Assembly: GCA_036311625.1 (NCBI GenBank) | Contig: JAXJPN010000085.1 | Coordinates: 1,710 to 65,709, forward strand | DNA from: Faecalimonas sp. | GTDB taxonomy: Bacteria; Bacillota; Clostridia; Lachnospirales; Lachnospiraceae | Length of the DNA stretch: 64,000 bases | Direction of reading: 5' to 3' | Shown here: one piece after another, positions 56,676 to 64,000 of the stretch | Layout of the letters: each line of letters starts with the position of its first letter | How positions within the stretch are numbered: the first letter of the stretch is position 1 | The notes under the pieces: generated by a model | The model's input: only the letters and a program-made list of their open reading frames with translations | Database searches by the model: none | What the model was told of the DNA's origin: nothing | Made by a program: the position numbers and the translations under genes

Positions 56676-57971
56676 TTATTCGTCGTCTTCCTCTTTTGAT
56701 TCTTCATAGAAATCTTTCGGGAGATAGATGTGTACTTTTTCAATGCGGTTCTTATCCAGTGTATCGACAACTAGGCGCACATTGTCTGCAAGTACCTCGT
56801 CATGGATATCCGGGAGTCTGTCAAGACGTCCAATGATGTATCCGCCGAGAGAGTCATAATCCTCAGATTCCAATTCCAAAGCGATACGGTCGTTCAAATC
56901 ATCAAGGTTCATCGAACCTTCTACAATAAATTCATATTCGTTAATTTGGCGGAAGAATTCTTCCTCGTTCTCATCGTATTCGTCGTGAATCTCGCCGACA
57001 ATCTCTTCGAGGATATCCTCTAAAGTAATGAGCCCGGCAGTCTCGCCGTATTCATCGAGTACAATGGCGATGTTAAAAGAGGCTTGGCGCATCTCCACGA
57101 GCAATTCGGAAATGCTCTTGTGCTCGTGCGTGAAATAAGCCTCGCGCAGAAAATCACGGATGTGAAATTCTTTTGTGTTATCAAATAAAAGTAAATCTTT
57201 CATGTTGATAATGCCAATTACGTTGTCTGTCGTCTCTTCGTAAACAGGAAGCCGAGTGAATTTGTCCTCGCGGAAAATCTCAATCAGTTCCTCGTAGGTG
57301 TTCGCAACATCTGCAAAGGTCACATGTACGCGCGGTACCATAACGTCTTTCGCTTTTGCGTCACCAAGATCGAACACGTTATAAATCATCTCTTTTTCTT
57401 CGTCTTCTAAGATTCCGTCTTCGTGGCTGACGTCTACAATCGTACGCAATTCATCTTCTGTCATCGAATTCATCTTCGCATTCGGGTCAATCCGAAGTAA
57501 AAATAGAAGTCCGTGAGCCAACGCATTGATGATGATGTTAATCGGGGTCAATACCGTCATACAAAAGCGAATCGGGTATGCATAAGCAAGTGCGAGTTTC
57601 TCCGCATTGATTGTGGCAATCGTCTTTGGCGTAATCTCACCAAAAATCAGAATCAATATCGTGATGATACCGGTTGCAATCGCAACTGCGTAAGAGCCGC
57701 TAAATTCCATTGCTAAGGTTGTCGTAATGGATGAGGCGGTCAGATTCACGATGTTGTTCCCGACCAAAATCGCGCTGAGCATCTTGGATGGCTGTTCGGT
57801 AATCCGAAGCACCATCTTTGCACGCTTGTTCCCTTCTTCGGCTAAAGAACGAATCTTAATCTTGTTTACAGTTGTCAGACTTGTCTCTGCGGATGAAAAG
57901 AATGCAGAGCCAATCAGTAAAATAATGAGTACCAAAATCTGTATGGCACTACTGGCGGCACTAGGGTCCAC
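56676..57971 (-). CDS. CNNM/DUF21-CBS-CorC (hemolysin C family) transporter
   Basis: SAFFSSAET, FGEITPK, VMVPR, DEYG.TAGLITLEDILEEIVG. Confidence 0.92.
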   Translation of the reverse strand: MDPSAASSAIQILVLIILLIGSAFFSSAETSLTTVNKIKIRSLAEEGNKRAKMVLRITEQPSKMLSAILVGNNIVNLTASSITTTLAMEFSGSYAVAIATGIITILILIFGEITPKTIATINAEKLALAYAYPIRFCMTVLTPINIIINALAHGLLFLLRIDPNAKMNSMTEDELRTIVDVSHEDGILEDEEKEMIYNVFDLGDAKAKDVMVPRVHVTFADVANTYEELIEIFREDKFTRLPVYEETTDNVIGIINMKDLLLFDNTKEFHIRDFLREAYFTHEHKSISELLVEMRQASFNIAIVLDEYGETAGLITLEDILEEIVGEIHDEYDENEEEFFRQINEYEFIVEGSMNLDDLNDRIALELESEDYDSLGGYIIGRLDRLPDIHDEVLADNVRLVVDTLDKNRIEKVHIYLPKDFYEESKEEDDE

Positions 57972-58117
57972 TGAAAAATCACTCCTTTTTTATTTTGTAA
58001 GTTTACGTATCTAGTTCAATATAACGCATTTTCATATAATTTGCAAGATTGAATTTATCGGCGGTTTGTTGTATGATAAAAAATAGAAATTTGCATATAA
58101 TGATGAAGAGCATATAA

Positions 58118-59053
58118 ATGGGTGAGCTTATGAGTTTGGAATTTGAACAAGAACTGAATAGAATCGTGGACGCGGCACGCATAGCGAAGCAGGAGCCGAT
58201 GAAAAAGCATACAACGTTTCGTGTGGGCGGTCCGGCGGATTATTTTGTTACGCCAAAGACGGTGGAAGAAGTCGCGCAGCTCGTAAAGCTTTGCCGGCAG
58301 ATGGATATGCCTTATTATGTTGTGGGGAATGGAAGCAATCTTTTGGTGAGTGATGACGGGTATCGAGGTGTTATCATTCAGATATATAAAGAGATGAATG
58401 CGATACGTTTTGAGGAGACGCCGGAAGGTGCCATTCTATATGCGCAAGCCGGAGCCTTGCTTTCAAAGGTGGGAAGCGCAGCTTTGGTAGAGGGCCTCAC
58501 AGGTGTTGAATTCGCAGCAGGGATTCCGGGAACAGTGGGCGGCGCAATGGTGATGAATGCGGGTGCTTACGGTGGCGAGATGAAGGATGTTGTTCGCACA
58601 GTAACTGTGTTGACGCCGGAAGGACAGGTGATGGTACTTGCGAACGAGGAATTGGATTTTGGATATCGGACGAGCGTGGTTAGCAAGAAGGAATATATTG
58701 TGTTGGAAGCAAGCTTCTCGCTTTCCAGAGGCGACAAAGATGCGATTAAAGCACGTATGGAGGAGCTTCGCGAGCAGCGGACGACGAAGCAACCGCTTGA
58801 GTATCCGAGTGCAGGCAGTACGTTTAAGAGACCGAAGGGGTATTTTGCAGGCAAGTTAATTCAAGACGCAGGCTTACGCGGCTTTCGGATTGGCGGTGCA
58901 CAGGTGTCTGAGAAGCATTGTGGCTTTGTGATCAATGCAGAGGATGCGACTGCGGAAGAGATTTGGACGCTTATGTGTCGTGTGTCTGCATTGGTAGAGG
59001 AAAAGTTCGGCGTGCGTTTGGAACCGGAAGTGAAGCGTCTAGGGGAATTCTAA
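58118..59053 (+). CDS. murB: UDP-N-acetylenolpyruvoylglucosamine reductase
   Basis: HTTFRVGG, GNGSN, GIPGTVGG..MNAGAYG, QP..YPSAGSTFK. Confidence 0.96.
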   Translation: MGELMSLEFEQELNRIVDAARIAKQEPMKKHTTFRVGGPADYFVTPKTVEEVAQLVKLCRQMDMPYYVVGNGSNLLVSDDGYRGVIIQIYKEMNAIRFEETPEGAILYAQAGALLSKVGSAALVEGLTGVEFAAGIPGTVGGAMVMNAGAYGGEMKDVVRTVTVLTPEGQVMVLANEELDFGYRTSVVSKKEYIVLEASFSLSRGDKDAIKARMEELREQRTTKQPLEYPSAGSTFKRPKGYFAGKLIQDAGLRGFRIGGAQVSEKHCGFVINAEDATAEEIWTLMCRVSALVEEKFGVRLEPEVKRLGEF

Positions 59054-59054
59054 T

Positions 59055-60008
59055 ATGAAAGAACAATCGTTTTCTGGGAAGATAAAGGAAGAGTTGTCCA
59101 GACATCAGGGAAGCCTTCGGCATTGTCAGCTCGCAGAGCTTGCGGCGATGATTAGTCTGTGTGGACGTGTTGAAATTAGTAGTCGCGGACAATATTTGGT
59201 AAAAATACGCACGGAAAATGTTTCCGTTGCGAGAAAAAGCTTTACATTATTGCAAAAAGCATTTAATATAGAGGCTGAGGCTTTTGTGTCAACGAATATG
59301 AATAGCAAGAATGTGATTTATACGGTGATTGTAAGGAAGCATCAGGATGCAGTGCAGGTCTTAAGAGAGACGCATTTGTTAGATGCAGATGGTGAGATTG
59401 CGGAAGAATTTTCGCTTGAAAAGAATCCTTTACTACATAGAAGTTGTTGCAAGCGTGCATTTCTGCGCGGGGCATTTTTGGCAGCAGGTTCTATGAGCGA
59501 TCCGAATAAGTCTTATCACATTGAGGTGGTGTGTGCCGCGCAAAAGAAGGCAAGGCAGATACGCACGATTATCAATGGCTTTGGATTGGAAGCAAAAGTG
59601 ATTCCACGAAAGAATTCTTATGTGGTTTACCTAAAAGAAGGTGCGCAGATTGTGGATTTACTGAATGTTATGGAAGCGCCTCTTGCGCTGATGGAGATGG
59701 AGAATGTGCGAATCTTAAAAGAGATGCGCAATTCTGTGAATCGCAAGGTGAATTGCGAGACGGCGAATATTAACAAGACCGTGTCTGCGGCTGTGAAGCA
59801 GATAGAGGATATTCGGTTCATTCGTGATACGGTGGGTTTTGGAACATTGCCGGAAGGCTTGGCAGAGATTGCAGGATTGCGTCTGGAATACCCGAATGCA
59901 ACTTTAAAAGAGTTGGGGGAATTGCTTTCGACACCGCTTGGCAAGTCGGGAGTGAATCATAGAATTCGGAAATTGAGTGAGATAGCGGAACAATTAAGAG
60001 AAGCGTAA
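59055..60008 (+). CDS. whiA: DNA-binding protein WhiA
   Basis: SFS..IKEEL, FLRGAFLAAGS..DP, NRKVNCETAN, KSGVNHR. Confidence 0.95.
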   Translation: MKEQSFSGKIKEELSRHQGSLRHCQLAELAAMISLCGRVEISSRGQYLVKIRTENVSVARKSFTLLQKAFNIEAEAFVSTNMNSKNVIYTVIVRKHQDAVQVLRETHLLDADGEIAEEFSLEKNPLLHRSCCKRAFLRGAFLAAGSMSDPNKSYHIEVVCAAQKKARQIRTIINGFGLEAKVIPRKNSYVVYLKEGAQIVDLLNVMEAPLALMEMENVRILKEMRNSVNRKVNCETANINKTVSAAVKQIEDIRFIRDTVGFGTLPEGLAEIAGLRLEYPNATLKELGELLSTPLGKSGVNHRIRKLSEIAEQLREA

Positions 60009-60022
60009 GGAGGAGAATCATT

Positions 60023-60277
60023 ATGATCAAAAAGGTAGTAACTATGAGTGAAGCGGGCTTACAGGCAAGTCCGATCGCAATGCTTGTGCAAAAGGCAAGC
60101 CAGTTTTCCAGCTCGGTACATATTGAGGCTGAGAACAGAAAGGTCAATGCGAAGAGTCTTATGGGAATGATGACTTTGGCTGTCAGAGGCGGCGATGTCA
60201 TTACCGTGATTACAGAAGGCGCGGATGAAGAAGTAGCGGCCAATGAGATTGAGGCGTATTTGAACGCACAAGTATAG
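60023..60277 (+). CDS. HPr-family protein, Crh-like (His15 replaced by Gln)
   Basis: GLQASP in place of GLHARP; NAKSLMG (Ser46) retained; EGADE. Confidence 0.88.
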   Translation: MIKKVVTMSEAGLQASPIAMLVQKASQFSSSVHIEAENRKVNAKSLMGMMTLAVRGGDVITVITEGADEEVAANEIEAYLNAQV

Positions 60278-60354
60278 ATTGCGCATTGCGCAATCTTTTT
60301 TGCTTCACAGGAAACTTTGTTCCTATTAGAAATTTGATGCCGGGAGGTGCTAGT

Positions 60355-61257
60355 ATGAAGAGAATGTTGTTTGTATATAATCCGAATGCGGGACGTGGAT
60401 TGATTAAGCAAAAGCTGTCCGATATTCTGGATATTTTTGTGCGTGCAGATTATGAGCTGACCGTCTATCCGACACAGAGCTATCGGGACGCTTATCACAA
60501 GGTTCGAGACTTAGAAGATGCGTATGATTTGGTCGTATGCTGTGGTGGTGACGGAACTTTGGATGAAGTCGTGACGGGTATGATGAAGCGCAAGGTAAAG
60601 ACACCAATCGGATATATTCCGGCGGGAACGACAAATGATTTTGCGAATAGTCTTGGACTTTCAAAAGATATGTTGAGTGCAGCTGATACTGCTGTCAATG
60701 GACGTCCATTCGCCTGTGATATTGGAACCTTCAACAAGGATGTGTTCGTGTATGTGGCGGCGTTTGGTTTGTTTACGGATGTGGCTTATCAGACAGATCA
60801 GAACTTAAAGAAGCTTTTGGGGCATGCAGCCTACATATTGGAAGGGATTAAGCAACTTTCGAATGTGCCGTCTTACCGCGTGAAGATTACCTGTGATGGT
60901 GAGATTATTGAAGATGAGTTTATGATTGGGATGGTAACCAATTCCAAATCTGTCGGCGGCTTTAAAGGTCTTACGGGAGAGCAGATTGAGTTTGATGATG
61001 GAGAATTTGAAGTGACGCTTGTTCGCAAGCCGAAGAACATTCTTGATATGAATGAGATTGCAACTTCCATTCTGATGGGGAATTTTAATAATCGTCATAT
61101 GACGACTTTCAAAGGAAGAGAGATTGTTTTTGAGTCAATCGTGGAGATTCCTTGGACTTTGGATGGAGAGTTTGGCGGCGAGCATGATTATGTAAAGATT
61201 CGGAACGAGCAGAGAGCCTTAGAGATTATGGTTGAGGCAGAAGATGAGACGGAATAA
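60355..61257 (+). CDS. Diacylglycerol/lipid kinase (YegS/BmrU family)
   Basis: NPNAG, GGDGT, PAGTTNDFA, LDGE. Confidence 0.92.
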   Translation: MKRMLFVYNPNAGRGLIKQKLSDILDIFVRADYELTVYPTQSYRDAYHKVRDLEDAYDLVVCCGGDGTLDEVVTGMMKRKVKTPIGYIPAGTTNDFANSLGLSKDMLSAADTAVNGRPFACDIGTFNKDVFVYVAAFGLFTDVAYQTDQNLKKLLGHAAYILEGIKQLSNVPSYRVKITCDGEIIEDEFMIGMVTNSKSVGGFKGLTGEQIEFDDGEFEVTLVRKPKNILDMNEIATSILMGNFNNRHMTTFKGREIVFESIVEIPWTLDGEFGGEHDYVKIRNEQRALEIMVEAEDETE

Positions 61258-61279
61258 AAAAGAAGGGTTATAGTTATTT

Positions 61280-62653
61280 ATGGAACAGAGAGAGAAGTTT
61301 TCTTCGAGATTGGGATTTATCCTCATTTCGGCAGGGTGCGCAATCGGACTTGGAAATGTATGGCGATTTCCTTATATTACGGGCAAATATGGTGGAGGTA
61401 TGTTTGTGTTCATCTACCTATTCTTTTTGGTCGCAATGGGGCTGCCTGTCGTTGTGATGGAATATGCGATGGGTCGTGCCAGCCAAAAGAGCATTGCGAG
61501 ATCCTATGATGTGTTGGAGCCAAAGGGAACAAAGTGGCATATTCACAAATATTTTGCCGTTGGGGGAAATTTCCTGCTGATGATGTTTTATACGACGGTT
61601 GCAGGATGGATGCTGGCATATTTTGTCAAGATGTTAAAGGGTGAGTTTGTCGGAGTGACAGCAAAGCAGGTAGAGGGAATCTTTAGTCAGCTCACTTCAA
61701 ACCGTAATGAGATGATTTTTTGGATGATTTTGATTTGTGTCATCAGTCTTTTCGTTTGTTCGTTTGGGCTTGAAAAGGGTGTGGAGCGTGTTACAAAGCC
61801 GATGATGCTCAGCCTCTTGGGACTTATGGTTGTTTTGATTATTCGAGCAATGACGCTTCCGAATGCGTTGGAAGGACTTTCGTTTTATCTCAAACCGGAT
61901 TTCGGAAAGATGCAGGAGGCCGGTATTGGTGAGGTTGTGTTTGCTGCGATGGGGCAGTCTTTCTTTACTTTGAGTATTGGCATTGGCTCCCTTTCTATTT
62001 TTGGAAGCTATATTGGAAAAGAGCGGAGGCTTACGGGGGAAGCGGTGAGTGTGATGGCATTGGATACTTGTGTAGCCGTGATGTCTGGACTTATTATTTT
62101 TCCGGCATGTTTTTCTTTTGGGATTAGTCCGGGTGAAGGACCGGGTCTTGTGTTTGTGACCTTGCCGAATGTATTTCGAGAGATGGCAGGTGGCCGTGTC
62201 TGGGGGTCACTGTTCTTCTTGTTTATGACGTTTGCGGCATTGTCTACGGTGATTGCCGTATTCCAGAATATTTTGGCTTGCACCAGCGAGCTTTGGGGCT
62301 GGTCGCACAAGAAGGCGATGCTGATTAACGGGGCGTTGCTGATTGTGTTGAGTTTGCCATGCGTACTTGGTATGACGGATTGGTCGTCGTTCTCGGTGTT
62401 TGGTATGGATATTATGGGCTTGGAGGATTTTCTTGTGAGCAACAATCTCTTGCCATTGGGGGCGATTGTATACCTCTTGTTCTGCACAACAAGATATGGC
62501 TGGGGATGGGACAAATTTACGAAGGAAGCAAATACCGGAGCGGGCTTAAAGTTTCCGACAGCAAAGGCGTATCGCATCTATTTGACCTTTGTTTTGCCGG
62601 TGGTAATGATTTTTATTACGGTTCAAGCCTATGTCAAAATGCTTCAGAGTTGA
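61280..62653 (+). CDS. Sodium-dependent transporter (NSS/SNF family)
   Basis: AGCAIGLGNVWRFP, QSFFTLS, GPGLVF. Confidence 0.93.
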   Translation: MEQREKFSSRLGFILISAGCAIGLGNVWRFPYITGKYGGGMFVFIYLFFLVAMGLPVVVMEYAMGRASQKSIARSYDVLEPKGTKWHIHKYFAVGGNFLLMMFYTTVAGWMLAYFVKMLKGEFVGVTAKQVEGIFSQLTSNRNEMIFWMILICVISLFVCSFGLEKGVERVTKPMMLSLLGLMVVLIIRAMTLPNALEGLSFYLKPDFGKMQEAGIGEVVFAAMGQSFFTLSIGIGSLSIFGSYIGKERRLTGEAVSVMALDTCVAVMSGLIIFPACFSFGISPGEGPGLVFVTLPNVFREMAGGRVWGSLFFLFMTFAALSTVIAVFQNILACTSELWGWSHKKAMLINGALLIVLSLPCVLGMTDWSSFSVFGMDIMGLEDFLVSNNLLPLGAIVYLLFCTTRYGWGWDKFTKEANTGAGLKFPTAKAYRIYLTFVLPVVMIFITVQAYVKMLQS

Positions 62654-62753
62654 TAAGTTATGTTTGAGAGTTGAAAAATTGGACTTGATTTTTGAAATAG
62701 AATGGTTATAATGGAATGCGAAGGCAAAATGAAAATAATCGGAGGTAGGATTT

Positions 62754-63617
62754 ATGTTAGTATCAGCAAAAGAAATGCTTGACAAAGCAAAAGCAGGACA
62801 CTACGCAGTAGGTCAGTTTAACATCAATAACTTAGAGTGGACAAAAGCGATCTTACAGACTGCACAGGAGAATAACTCACCGGTTATACTTGGTGTATCA
62901 GAGGGCGCAGGAAAGTATATGGCTGGATATAAGACCGTAGTTGGTATGGTGAAGGGCATGATTGAGGAATTGAACATTACAGTTCCGGTAGCAATTCACT
63001 TAGATCACGGTACATATGACGGATGTATGAAGTGTATTGAAGCAGGTTTCTCTTCAATTATGTTCGATGGCTCACACTATCCAATCGAGGAGAATGTTGC
63101 AAAGACTACAGAATTGGTGAACATCTGCAAGGAAAAGGGAATGTCTTTGGAAGCAGAAGTAGGCGCAATCGGCGGCGAGGAAGACGGTGTTGTAGGTAAG
63201 GGTGAATGTGCAGACCCGAAGGAGTGTAAGGCTATTGCTGACTTGGGTGTAGATATGCTTGCAGCAGGTATCGGTAACATTCATGGAAAGTATCCTGAGA
63301 ACTGGGAAGGACTTAGCTTTGAGACTTTGGATGCAATTCAGCAGCTTACAGGAGATATGCCGCTTGTTCTTCACGGTGGTACAGGTATTCCGGATGAGAT
63401 GGTTAGAAAGGCAATTGATCTTGGTGTTGCAAAGATCAACGTTAATACAGAGTGTCAGTTGGTATTCGCAGAGGCAACTCGTGAGTACATCGAAGCTGGA
63501 AAAGATTTGCAGGGCAAAGGCTATGACCCACGTAAGTTATTAGCACCGGGCTTTGCAGCAATCAAAGAAAAAGTAAAAGAGAAGATGGAATTATTCGGAT
63601 CTGTAAATCAGGCATAA
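62754..63617 (+). CDS. fba: Class II fructose-bisphosphate aldolase
   Basis: HLDHG, MFDGS, EAEVG, GNIHG, VLHGG, KINVNT. Confidence 0.96.
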   Translation: MLVSAKEMLDKAKAGHYAVGQFNINNLEWTKAILQTAQENNSPVILGVSEGAGKYMAGYKTVVGMVKGMIEELNITVPVAIHLDHGTYDGCMKCIEAGFSSIMFDGSHYPIEENVAKTTELVNICKEKGMSLEAEVGAIGGEEDGVVGKGECADPKECKAIADLGVDMLAAGIGNIHGKYPENWEGLSFETLDAIQQLTGDMPLVLHGGTGIPDEMVRKAIDLGVAKINVNTECQLVFAEATREYIEAGKDLQGKGYDPRKLLAPGFAAIKEKVKEKMELFGSVNQA

Positions 63618-63691
63618 GAAGAATACATTTTCATAATAGGGGCAGAAGAACAAGTTTCTTCTGCCTTCTCTTAAATAGGAAGGATGAAAGT

Positions 63692-64000
63692 ATGAGTAAA
63701 GGAACCAATGTGATGGAGATTTTTGGCGAGAACGTGTTTGACGATGCTGTGATGCGGGAACGTTTGCCGAAAGAAATCTATGAGGAATTAAAAGCCACGA
63801 TTCGGGAAGGGAAGGATTTGGAAGCTTCTGTTGCAGACGTGGTGGCACAAGAGATGAAGAACTGGGCGATGGAAAAAGGTGCGACCCATTATTCGCATTG
63901 GTTTCAGCCGCTTACCGGAGCGACGGCAGAGAAGCATGATGCGTTTCTTTCTGCGCCGAAGGCAGATGGTAGGGTGTTGATGGGATTCTCTGGAAAAGAG
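63692..64000 (+). CDS. glnA: Glutamine synthetase type III, 5' end (partial)
   Basis: IFGENVF...WAMEKGATHYSHWFQPLTGATAEKHDAF. Confidence 0.92.
   Translation, partial: MSKGTNVMEIFGENVFDDAVMRERLPKEIYEELKATIREGKDLEASVADVVAQEMKNWAMEKGATHYSHWFQPLTGATAEKHDAFLSAPKADGRVLMGFSGKE

Overview
A chromosomal window from a spore-forming anaerobic Firmicute, most likely Lachnospiraceae judging by gene content and order. The backbone holds the end of sigF, a split spoVA locus, a small alarmone synthetase, sortase B, pdaB, an SPFH/RHH pair, dapF, tRNA-Gln, an ECF module, truA, hydE/G/F, class III RNR (nrdG/nrdD), T-box-controlled thrS, proC, xpt-pbuX, murB-whiA-Crh-like HPr, fba and the start of GS-III. It also holds a deoxy-sugar bacterial microcompartment (BMC) locus (38.4-48.4 kb) that lacks any diol dehydratase in this window, next to a YesMN-type two-component system and a rhamnose-type ABC transporter. 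AT-richer accessory genes are interspersed. Two solitary AAA+/DUF4143 (PD-(D/E)xK) genes are each preceded by their own array of direct repeats with ~33-bp period over the promoter. An island between nrdD and thrS carries an HATPase/DUF4325 gene, an AbiF-like HEPN toxin followed by a separately promoted two-hairpin small RNA, PadR plus two tandem membrane paralogues with near-identical junctions, and RhuM. A ParE-type toxin has an unannotated 51-aa antitoxin. All family assignments come from motif recognition by eye; no database searches were run.
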